From Thermoplasmata archaeon (GTDB lineage Archaea; Thermoplasmatota; Thermoplasmata; UBA10834), in the NCBI GenBank assembly GCA_025457815.1, contig JALOTQ010000002.1:1-59259 (forward strand): a stretch of 59,259 nucleotides of DNA. The letters are read 5' to 3'. A model generated the notes under the pieces. It ran no database searches, was not told where the DNA came from, and saw only the letters and a list, made by a program, of their open reading frames with translations. Positions 8,904-17,050 of the stretch are shown here, piece after piece (within the stretch, counting starts at the first letter, position 1; every line of letters begins with the position of its first letter). The position numbers and the translations under genes were made by a program.

Positions 8904-11900
8904 TCAGCCGCTGGAATACACGTTCGTGGCGAGGATGATCGTCATCGTGCCCCGCGGGTCCGTGATTCCGTCGAACAGGTCCTTGATGGAGTAGTACACC
9001 TTGGCCGGATACATGTTGTAGAAGACCCCTATCTTCGATGTGTAGTCAGCATTCACCGTGTAGTTCGCGGTCAGAATGTCATCGAAGTTGTCTCCGTTCA
9101 CGTCCACCACATCGAAGAGCGTGGGCGCGATGCTTGCGAACGGGGCTCCATCGGTCTTCGCCGAGCACTCGACGAAGAACGTCGTGGAGGCCGTCACCGA
9201 CCAGCCAGAGACCTCTGTCCTGAACTCATAGACTTTCCACTCGCCGTTCTTGGCCGCGACCGTCTCCAGGTGCCCGTCGGATGTGCCGTCGATGTTGGCC
9301 GCCCTCACGGCGACGTAGGCCGCCGTGTTGCTGACCACCTGGTACCTTGACTGCGAGTAGGCTGCGTATCCACCGTAGATGTTCGAGCTGACATAGACGT
9401 AGTCGACATCAACATAGTCCTGGGTCGTGCCACGAGACGTCAAGGAGTCCGAGAAGCGCAGGTAGATAGCCTTTCCCGCGACAGACGAAGGCAGCCTGTA
9501 GCTGTATGTCGTGTAGCTGCCCGAGGTTATCGCGAACAGGAACATGAACTTCCCTGTCGTGCCGTTGCCATCCGTCGAGTAGGACACATAGAAGACCTCG
9601 GACCCGGTCGAGTTGACCCTGGCCCTGATGGACAGCTGCTGGTCCAGGGACGTCGTAAGCGACTGGAACTGCATCGTTACATTGACGCGCCCGTCATCGC
9701 CCGTGTCGTCCTCCTTGAACCTCATGAAGTCGCCTCCGTACTCCTGGGTGAAGCTGACGCTGTCATAGCCGGTCTCCATGGTCCCGTTCGCGACCAGGGG
9801 GTTATACCCGGTTGCCAGCGGGTTGAGGTACTTCATAGTCGGGGACGGGTTATTGGAGTAGTTGTTGACCCAGACCCCTCTGACATCGGACACACCTGCG
9901 ATGTTGCCGGAGTCGCCGACTGTCAGTATGTCCATCATGCCGTCCTGGTTCATGTCCGCGACGTCGAAGTCCCTGATGCCCGATCCGCCCGAGAACGTCG
10001 AGTTGGTGTTGGGCAGCTTGGATATGAGGTCCACGGTCTGGCCAGGCACGTACTTCTTCATGTCGTAGACGTAGATCTTGCCGCCCGCCAGGACCACCAG
10101 GTCCGCGCGGTCGTCCCCGGTCATGTCAACGAGCGCGATCTTCCTTATGTCGACCGTGTAGGTCTTGTAGACCCACGGCGAGACGCCGTATGTGTTGTTG
10201 TAGATCACGACCTTGTTCCCTGAGGAGGAATAGGCGAAGTCGTTGTCGCCATCATCGTTGATGTCCGCGATGGCGATCCATTCCACGACCGTCGTGGTGT
10301 CCCCTGACGGCCTGGCGATCGACGCCGCGCTCTGCCATACGCCGAACGTGTTCAGGGTGTTCTCGAAGTAGAGCAGAGATCCGCTCTCGGCCTGGCCCAT
10401 GAGTATATCCTTGTCGCCGTCGCCGTCAATGTCGCCCGCAGCAAGGGACGTGACAGTGTAGTCCGGGGTCGTGCTCGGGGCGTTCGGGTAGTTGTAGATG
10501 ACCCTTGACGTGAAGAAGTTGTTGTTCTGGATATAGTACAGGTAGTCCGGGGCCACGAAGTTCTGGCTCCCGCCCTGGGATGAATAGACTCCTGCAGTGC
10601 CTGCCAGGAAGTCCGCTCTGATGAGCGAGGCCCTGACGAAGACCTGAGCTGAGAGCGAGTAGACGCCCTCGTTGGTGTCACTGAACCTCGACAGATACAG
10701 CGTGTATGAGTTCGTGCCCGTCAGCCACTGGTCCCCGTTGTTGAACCTGAGGTCGATGGAGAACTTGTAAGCCTTGTCCGTGGCTTTCGTCATCGCGGTC
10801 ATCAGCGGAGTGATTGGCGGTATGCCGTAGAGCTGCGATCCGCCCTTCATGTCCACGATCCTGACCTCCTCAGCGAGAGGGGCAGGGCTGATCTGCGCGT
10901 CGAGCACCGTTACCAGGACGTAGATCATGTATGTGCTGCCGGTGATGACGTACGGGCTGTCCTTCGTGTCTCCCCAAAGCTGCGTGTAGCCGCTGTCGGA
11001 GTAGAGGTGCACTGAGGGCATGTCCTCTTGGCTGATCGAGGAGCCCTCCTGCAGGATCGTTATGATCTGCATGGTCTGGAAGACAGTCTCGCTCTCGCCC
11101 GGCACAGGCTGGCTTCTGAGGCTTATCTGGAACGAGTACGAGCCCGGAGGCAGGTAGCTCGTGTTGAACTTGGTCTCGTAGACCGCCGCGGCCCCTCCCG
11201 TCGGGTAGGGGTAGAACACGCCGGAATCGCCGCCTGGCGGAGCATAAGTCAGGCCCGTCCTCGTGTCGACGACGTCCATCTCGTTCTCCGCGAATATGTT
11301 GGTCATCGTCAGGCTCGCGACACGGATGAAGACCATCTCGTCCTTGAAGAAGGTCGTCCGCGGGTCGCTGATGTTCGCCCTTCCGGTCGGCTGGCCGTCG
11401 GTTATGTTCTCGCCGAACACCGCGAAGCCCTGGTTCCCGCTTATCCACTTGATGTAGGATGGCAGGCCGCTTTCTCCAGTCTCCTGGTTGACCTCGATAA
11501 TCTCGGTGTTGAACTGGGTGTCTGTGGGCAGCTCGACGAGCGAGATTATGAACGTGGATGTGGTAGTGTGCCCCGCGAGGTCTTTAGCATGTATCCATAT
11601 GACCGCGCCGTCAAGCACCTCTGAATCGTACATCAGGTAGCCCGTGGTCGTGGTGTTCATGTGCCACACGGTGAAGTCCCACCTGAACCACCCGTTGAGC
11701 GGCTGGTAGGCAGGGTTCCAGGCCTTCTCAGAGCCGTCCTCGTGGTTGCCTATCCCGTCCTCGAACTGAGACGAGTCCACATAGACCTCGGAGTTGTCCA
11801 GATCGTTGTCAGGGTCGGTGACCTGCACGAACAGCGTGAAGTTCTTGAACTCGCTGATCGGGTCCGCCGTTGGGGTCACCGGGTTGGCGTCGGTGTACCT

Positions 11901-12386
11901 CTGGAGGATGTTCGGTGGGCTGCCTGATCCGCCCCCGGTCACCTGGCTCGTCCATATCGCCTGGCTGTTCTCCATATCTATTATGCTGACAACGATAGAG
12001 CTGGTGTAGGAAGTGTTTGTGAGCTGGGTGGTCCATGTCATCCCCGTCGTCCAAGTCTCGGCGCCGCCCAAGCCTGGGTCGGAGTCGAGGTAGTATGCAC
12101 TGCCGGTTCCGTCGATCTGGATCAGGATGACCGTGTCTTCGGTCCGGAGCAGCTGACCGCCCATGTGCGTGACCGTCAGGTCGGCCGATGTCCCTCCGGA
12201 GAGGAAGTCCACCGAGGCGGAGAAGCTAGCCTTCTTGACCTGCTCGGGAATCGGTATCTGGTTCACGAACGCTATGATCGACGTGAACAGAACCACGGTT
12301 ATCATCAGAATCAGGATGTTGCCGACGACTTCGGACACACCGCTGTTCTCATTTCTCAGCCTTTTCTTTCGAGAATCGAAGCTCAT
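8904..12386 (-). CDS. Giant type IV pilin-like surface protein: Pilin_N + Ig-like domains + FG-GAP/VCBS beta-propeller
   Basis: Class III signal RKKRLRNENSG/VSEVVGNILILMITVVLF; about six DxxxDxxxD FG-GAP-like repeats; GGAGG SD before ATG 12386. Confidence 0.88.
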   Translation of the reverse strand: MSFDSRKKRLRNENSGVSEVVGNILILMITVVLFTSIIAFVNQIPIPEQVKKASFSASVDFLSGGTSADLTVTHMGGQLLRTEDTVILIQIDGTGSAYYLDSDPGLGGAETWTTGMTWTTQLTNTSYTSSIVVSIIDMENSQAIWTSQVTGGGSGSPPNILQRYTDANPVTPTADPISEFKNFTLFVQVTDPDNDLDNSEVYVDSSQFEDGIGNHEDGSEKAWNPAYQPLNGWFRWDFTVWHMNTTTTGYLMYDSEVLDGAVIWIHAKDLAGHTTTSTFIISLVELPTDTQFNTEIIEVNQETGESGLPSYIKWISGNQGFAVFGENITDGQPTGRANISDPRTTFFKDEMVFIRVASLTMTNIFAENEMDVVDTRTGLTYAPPGGDSGVFYPYPTGGAAAVYETKFNTSYLPPGSYSFQISLRSQPVPGESETVFQTMQIITILQEGSSISQEDMPSVHLYSDSGYTQLWGDTKDSPYVITGSTYMIYVLVTVLDAQISPAPLAEEVRIVDMKGGSQLYGIPPITPLMTAMTKATDKAYKFSIDLRFNNGDQWLTGTNSYTLYLSRFSDTNEGVYSLSAQVFVRASLIRADFLAGTAGVYSSQGGSQNFVAPDYLYYIQNNNFFTSRVIYNYPNAPSTTPDYTVTSLAAGDIDGDGDKDILMGQAESGSLLYFENTLNTFGVWQSAASIARPSGDTTTVVEWIAIADINDDGDNDFAYSSSGNKVVIYNNTYGVSPWVYKTYTVDIRKIALVDMTGDDRADLVVLAGGKIYVYDMKKYVPGQTVDLISKLPNTNSTFSGGSGIRDFDVADMNQDGMMDILTVGDSGNIAGVSDVRGVWVNNYSNNPSPTMKYLNPLATGYNPLVANGTMETGYDSVSFTQEYGGDFMRFKEDDTGDDGRVNVTMQFQSLTTSLDQQLSIRARVNSTGSEVFYVSYSTDGNGTTGKFMFLFAITSGSYTTYSYRLPSSVAGKAIYLRFSDSLTSRGTTQDYVDVDYVYVSSNIYGGYAAYSQSRYQVVSNTAAYVAVRAANIDGTSDGHLETVAAKNGEWKVYEFRTEVSGWSVTASTTFFVECSAKTDGAPFASIAPTLFDVVDVNGDNFDDILTANYTVNADYTSKIGVFYNMYPAKVYYSIKDLFDGITDPRGTMTIILATNVYSSG

Positions 12387-12531
12387 GCTTTCAGTCCTCC
12401 GGGGATGAGAGAACTCACTCTGCTTTTCGTGCGATTCAACGCCCTGGACCATATTTAAACGTGTTGAGGTCATTACCAACTACCAGTGAAATCAAATCCG
12501 GCTTCCTGGGAGGCCGCCCAAACCAGCACGA

Positions 12532-12540
12532 TTATATAAG
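12532..12540 (+). promoter_or_regulatory. TATA box (probably leaderless transcript) of the wHTH-STAND gene
   Basis: TTATATAAG ending ~23 nt before ATG 12563. Confidence 0.6.
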
Positions 12541-12562
12541 AACAGGGGCATCCTCAGAACCG

Positions 12563-13693
12563 ATGCCAGAGGCTGGCCAACTAAGCGTCAACGACAGAGT
12601 CCTCCTCCACCTTTCCAGGTTCGCCACGGACGTTCCACCGGAAGAGTACAGCCCCGATGTCACGCAGGCCGGGATAGCCTTCGGGGTTGGCATGTCGCGC
12701 ACGCACGTGCCGCGCGCTGTCAAGGGGCTTATAAAGGACGGACTTGTCGAAGAGCTCACGGCCAGGGTCAAGGGACACGAGCGCCGGATGAACATCTACT
12801 CCGTCACGACCGAGGGGCTCCGGTCTGCCGAAGACCTGTGGAAGCGCATCAGGGAGACCACCTTCCCCATACAGAAGGAAGGCGCTTCGTCGAAGATGGC
12901 GGGCAAAGACATCGAGGAGCTTCTGGGCAGGAAACGCGCGATCGCGGCGGTCTCGAGGATAAGGGACGGAGTCGTCGAGGTCGGGGAGACGCGGCGCGCG
13001 CCGATAAGGGATTTCGGCGATGCTCCGAAGCTAGACCATTTCTACGGGCGCGAGGCAGAGCTCAAGGTCATGGACCATTTCATGGAAACCGAGTCCCGCG
13101 TGCTGGTCGTTCTGGGGAACCGAGGGTACGGTGCGACGGCATTGACCCGCAAGTTCCTCGAGACCCAGGACGAGGACGATTGCCTCTGGACGACTCTGTC
13201 TCCCGGCACGACCGCCAAGCATCTTGAGGACGCCCTCGTTAGCTTCGGCAAGGGAGTCAGCAGGAACGTCAGCTCTCTTGCGGAGGTTCTCGCACTGGAC
13301 AACTGCGTGCTCGCTTTCGACGACTACTACGATGTGGGAGAGGAGGTCGTCGAGTTCTTCTCGGACCTCGTAGAGGCGGAAGGGCAGGCGAAGATCGTGA
13401 TCAGTGCCAGGCAGGAGACGCCGGCCTACAATTGGTTCTATCAGAAGGAGCAGGTGGATCGTGGGGTCGTGACCGAGCTGAGGATCAAGGGCCTGGACGA
13501 GGAGAGCGCGAAGAAGATGCTCGGGAACGAGAAGATAGAGAAGGACGCTCTCAGACGCATACTCATGTTCACGCGTGGTCAGCCCCTGGTGCTGAAGATG
13601 CTGAGGGAAGGGGACTCCAAGGCCCTGAAGAAGAACACTGTGTTCACGGCCGAAGAGATTGGATATCTGCTGTTCCTCAAGGACAAGGTCTAG
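12563..13693 (+). CDS. Winged-HTH + degenerate STAND/NB-ARC-like NTPase
   Basis: VTQAGIAFGVGMSRTHVPRAVKGLIKDGLVE wHTH; FYGREAEL, VVLGNRGYGAT (Walker A K>A), LAFDDY, GQPL. Confidence 0.8.
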   Translation: MPEAGQLSVNDRVLLHLSRFATDVPPEEYSPDVTQAGIAFGVGMSRTHVPRAVKGLIKDGLVEELTARVKGHERRMNIYSVTTEGLRSAEDLWKRIRETTFPIQKEGASSKMAGKDIEELLGRKRAIAAVSRIRDGVVEVGETRRAPIRDFGDAPKLDHFYGREAELKVMDHFMETESRVLVVLGNRGYGATALTRKFLETQDEDDCLWTTLSPGTTAKHLEDALVSFGKGVSRNVSSLAEVLALDNCVLAFDDYYDVGEEVVEFFSDLVEAEGQAKIVISARQETPAYNWFYQKEQVDRGVVTELRIKGLDEESAKKMLGNEKIEKDALRRILMFTRGQPLVLKMLREGDSKALKKNTVFTAEEIGYLLFLKDKV

Positions 13694-13700
13694 CCCGGAT

Positions 13701-14234
13701 TCACCACTCGACGCCCTTCCTCGCCTTGAGGCCCTCGTCGAATGGATGCTTCCAGCTGTCGATCACTGAGACGTAGTCCGCATACTCGATGAACTCGAGC
13801 GGAGCGTCCCTGCCGGTCATCACGACCTCTACGCCCTCCCGCCTTGTCTTCACGGCCTGTAGCACTTCCGATCCGGCGATGAGACCGAACGATACGGCCG
13901 TGCTGACCTCATCCAACACGACCATCTGGCAGTCCCCATCCTTGAGTCTGCCGCGCACGAACTCGAGGGCTTCATTCGCGGTGCGCCTGTCCTCTGCCGA
14001 CGGGTTCTTGAGATCGACGAACCTGCCGGTCCCGAACTGTCGCACCTCGATTCCCTGAATCTTCTTTGCAGCGATGGTCTCCCCGGTCGTCTCACCCGTC
14101 TTCATGAACTGTACGATGCAGACCTTCAGGCCGTGCCCAGCGGCACGAAGAGCCAATCCGAATGCCGCGGTGGTCTTCCCCTTGCCTGGGCCGGTGATGA
14201 CGTGCACCTTGCCCAAGCTTCCCGAATCTGACAT
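13701..14234 (-). CDS. cobO: Cob(I)alamin adenosyltransferase (CobA/CobO/BtuR family)
   Basis: TGPGKGKTTAAFGLALRAAGHG, VQFMK, VVLDEV, EVVMTGR, HPF..G..GVEW. Confidence 0.93.
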   Translation of the reverse strand: MSDSGSLGKVHVITGPGKGKTTAAFGLALRAAGHGLKVCIVQFMKTGETTGETIAAKKIQGIEVRQFGTGRFVDLKNPSAEDRRTANEALEFVRGRLKDGDCQMVVLDEVSTAVSFGLIAGSEVLQAVKTRREGVEVVMTGRDAPLEFIEYADYVSVIDSWKHPFDEGLKARKGVEW

Positions 14235-14271
14235 CGACACCTTGAAGCACTTCCGCATAGAAAAACCGGAG

Positions 14272-14778
14272 CTAGCGTCCCCGCGGCCGTCCGTTTTCAC
14301 CGGGTATGGAGAACTCGCGCTCGAGGAGCCCCAGCTGTTGCGTCTCGAACGCCCTGGGGTCGATAGGGACGAGGAGATAGGATCCTGACATCGCAACCTC
14401 CTCGTTCGTGAGCTGGATGGCCTTCATGACCGTCGCGAACCCGTTCTCGGTGATCAGGTATTCCAGACCGTCCAGCAGCACGACCGAGCCCGGATTAGCC
14501 TTGATGAAGTCTGACACCGTGCTGTGTATCTTCATGAGACGTGTAGGTTCGAGCACTATAACCCCGCCAGTCGGCTTGGTCGCCTTCGCGATCCACATGA
14601 CGGGACAGTCAAGACTGTAGACCTGCTGTACCCGGCCAGGGTGGGTTCTGGTGATGACTATTCCGCGCTTTCCCTCGGCGAGTAGCTTCTTGAAGACCTC
14701 AAAGGCACGGCCGACCCCCTTGTCGGTGAACAGGTACGAACTCCCGCTCTTCAGGTCTGCCTCGCTGTCGCCGCTCAT
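14272..14778 (-). CDS. DUF835 domain protein (inactive RecA/KaiC-like)
   Basis: GIVITRTHP, VVLLDGLEYLITENGF, LLERE. Confidence 0.88.
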   Translation of the reverse strand: MSGDSEADLKSGSSYLFTDKGVGRAFEVFKKLLAEGKRGIVITRTHPGRVQQVYSLDCPVMWIAKATKPTGGVIVLEPTRLMKIHSTVSDFIKANPGSVVLLDGLEYLITENGFATVMKAIQLTNEEVAMSGSYLLVPIDPRAFETQQLGLLEREFSIPGENGRPRGR

Positions 14779-14787
14779 GGACTGGTC

Positions 14788-15462
14788 CTACCTGAGGCCA
14801 GCCTGGACTGCGAGGCCCTCGTCGGTGATGTCGATCAGCTGTCTGCCAGTCGTGTGCTTGGTCCCTCTCATCTTGAGAACCTCGAGGAACTTCCGGCGCA
14901 CCTTCTCCTCCTCGGGATAGGAAAGCATGATCACGCCGTCCACCATGTACGATTCCTGGCTGTGGGATATGTCGTCGTAAGATAGCTCGGCCGTGACGAG
15001 CGTCAGGCAGTTGAACGCCTTCAGATAGGCGAAGATCTCGTGCATGAACTCCCGGGTCTCGCCCCGCCACTGGAGCATGTCAGTCATCGGGGTGATGGGG
15101 TCAATGACTATCCTGAGGGGTTGGTACTGCTCGATCTTCTTCTTGATGATGTTGAGCATGTCGCTGGGGTTCTTGAGCAGCGTGGGACCGATGTCGATGA
15201 AATTCACCACGCCCTTCTCGACCAGCTCCTGGTTGTAGAACGAGAACGATGATAGGAACTTCTGCACGAGCCACTGGGGTTCCGAGATGGCTGTGATGTA
15301 GAGCCCCTTCTCCCCTTCTCTGGCCCCGTGGAACAGGCTCTGGACGGCCAGAGTGGTCTTCCCTGTGCCGGGCTCCCCGGCGACGAGAATCGCTGATGGG
15401 AACGGGAACCCTCCCTGAAGCATGCCGTCCAGCCCCGGGATGCCCGTGGTCTTCCTCGTCAA
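14788..15462 (-). CDS. Single-domain KaiC/RAD55-like ATPase
   Basis: TGIPGLDGMLQGG, GEPGTGKTT, IVIDPI, ESYMVDG, KMRGT. Confidence 0.92.
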   Translation of the reverse strand: MTRKTTGIPGLDGMLQGGFPFPSAILVAGEPGTGKTTLAVQSLFHGAREGEKGLYITAISEPQWLVQKFLSSFSFYNQELVEKGVVNFIDIGPTLLKNPSDMLNIIKKKIEQYQPLRIVIDPITPMTDMLQWRGETREFMHEIFAYLKAFNCLTLVTAELSYDDISHSQESYMVDGVIMLSYPEEEKVRRKFLEVLKMRGTKHTTGRQLIDITDEGLAVQAGLR

Positions 15463-15463
15463 G

Positions 15464-15871
15464 TCACAGCACCTCCGTGTCTATGACGAAGACGCACTTG
15501 TCGTCCCCCTTGGAAACGCACCTGCGCTCGTGACAGTACACATCCTTCCCGGTCCTCTCCTCGAAGACCTTTGCGAGCATGCCTCTCAGCATGTGGCATG
15601 TGGGAGAATCTGAATTGGACACCTCGATGGATCCCGCGACGCTGATCGTGTCTCCCTCGAACACGATGTCCGTGACCCAACCTTCCCGGATGAGCGCGTC
15701 CTTGACCTTGCCCAGGTCGGACCCGACGGCACGTATCAGTCTGTCCCCGATGATCCTGCCGCTCCTGTAGAACATCCCGTGGGATGCGAATGTCATCACG
15801 GTTTCGTACAGTTTCTTGATCTCGACAAGCTCCTCCCTGCGGAGTCTTATGGCGCGCTCTGATTGTTCCAT
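15464..15871 (-). CDS. V4R (4-vinyl reductase) small-ligand-binding domain protein
   Basis: CHMLRGML..YCHERRCVSKGDDKCVF; AGGTGG SD before ATG 15871. Confidence 0.88.
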   Translation of the reverse strand: MEQSERAIRLRREELVEIKKLYETVMTFASHGMFYRSGRIIGDRLIRAVGSDLGKVKDALIREGWVTDIVFEGDTISVAGSIEVSNSDSPTCHMLRGMLAKVFEERTGKDVYCHERRCVSKGDDKCVFVIDTEVL

Positions 15872-15997
15872 ACAAGCCACCTGGTAGGGGGATGCATCTA
15901 TCCGTGAATCGGGACTTATACCTTTTGGTAACGGCATCATGCCCCGACTGGCTGGCTCGGGACAAGTTAATCTACTCCCTGATGCTTCGGAGCCGTC

Positions 15998-16543
15998 GTG
16001 CTAGAAGTCGAGTCCAAGTACAGGTCCCCTGGCAATGACAAGGTCGAGAAGGCCCTCGCAAAACTCGGTGCCAAGAAGACTTGGGGAGGCACGATGGAAG
16101 ACGTGTACTACGCCCATCCGTCTCGCGATTTCGGGAAGACCGACGAGGCCCTCAGGCTGCGCAAGTCCGATGACGCATCGGAACTCACGTACAAGGGGCC
16201 TAGGATGCAGTCACTGACGGTGAAGGCGCGCGAGGAGATCACGCTCAAGACCGACAATCCTCTCGCAGTCGCGCGAATCGTCGAAAGGCTCGGCTTCAGG
16301 GAGTCCTTCGTTGTCCGGAAGAGCCGGAGCAGCTACATTCTCGACAAGCTGAGAGTGGAGGTCGACGATGTCGAAGGCCTCGGCGAGTTCGTCGAGCTGG
16401 AGATCCTCACTGAGTCGCCAGAGAGGTCCAAGATGCTCATGGAAACCGCAAGGACCGAGCTCGGCTTGGAGAAACTGGAGCCCAGGACCTACCTGGAGAT
16501 GCTAATCGAGAAGATGGCTTCGGAGCGCAGCCACAAAGAATAA
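15998..16543 (+). CDS. cyaB: CYTH-domain class IV adenylate cyclase / triphosphatase
   Basis: EVESK, DVYY, EALRLR, LTYKGP, REE, GLGEFVELE. Confidence 0.92.
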   Translation: MLEVESKYRSPGNDKVEKALAKLGAKKTWGGTMEDVYYAHPSRDFGKTDEALRLRKSDDASELTYKGPRMQSLTVKAREEITLKTDNPLAVARIVERLGFRESFVVRKSRSSYILDKLRVEVDDVEGLGEFVELEILTESPERSKMLMETARTELGLEKLEPRTYLEMLIEKMASERSHKE

Positions 16544-16552
16544 AATCGAGAT

Positions 16553-16595
16553 GGCGGAAGCGGATTCCGCCCTTGCACCCGCCTCGCGGGTGCAA
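16553..16595. terminator. Two tandem perfect hairpins between convergent genes
   Basis: GGCGGAA-gcgga-TTCCGCC (7 bp) and TTGCACCCGC-ctc-GCGGGTGCAA (10 bp). Confidence 0.55.
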
Positions 16596-16614
16596 CAACA
16601 AGGTGAGGACGGCC

Positions 16615-16863
16615 TCAGAGCTTGTTTATCTTCTCTGTCACGAACGCCTTTATGGAAGGGTCGTCCGGAATTGTAATAGATTTCTTGTACTTCTCGCTTC
16701 CATCCGGAAGGAAGTAACCCCTGGACACTGAGATGAACTCGCTGTCCCCCTCGTCAGTTATTGCCTTCTTCCGTGCCACTTCCAGGAAGTTGTTCTTCCC
16801 AAAAGGTATCTTCTCGGCGCTCAGCGTTTCGAACCGCACTTTTGCATCCTTCTCATCGTCCAT
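16615..16863 (-). CDS. Conserved hypothetical 82-aa protein (possible PC4/Pur-like nucleic-acid-binding fold)
   Basis: GGAGG SD; beta-strand pattern FLEVARK..FISVSRGY..KKSITIP plus C-terminal helix. Confidence 0.75.
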   Translation of the reverse strand: MDDEKDAKVRFETLSAEKIPFGKNNFLEVARKKAITDEGDSEFISVSRGYFLPDGSEKYKKSITIPDDPSIKAFVTEKINKL

Positions 16864-17050
16864 CCGGTTGCCTCCGTTTGATAGGCGGCTCTCGAATATT
16901 GTCAATTCATATAAACGTTCGTCGCAAGTCCCGATATCTGGATTGATAATGGGCCGGACACGAAAGGTGCGAACGTTCCGAACCCGTGCTCCCGCAGAGA
17001 GACGACAGAATACGATAGAGTAATATACGAACTAGACTCTTTGACGCGAT

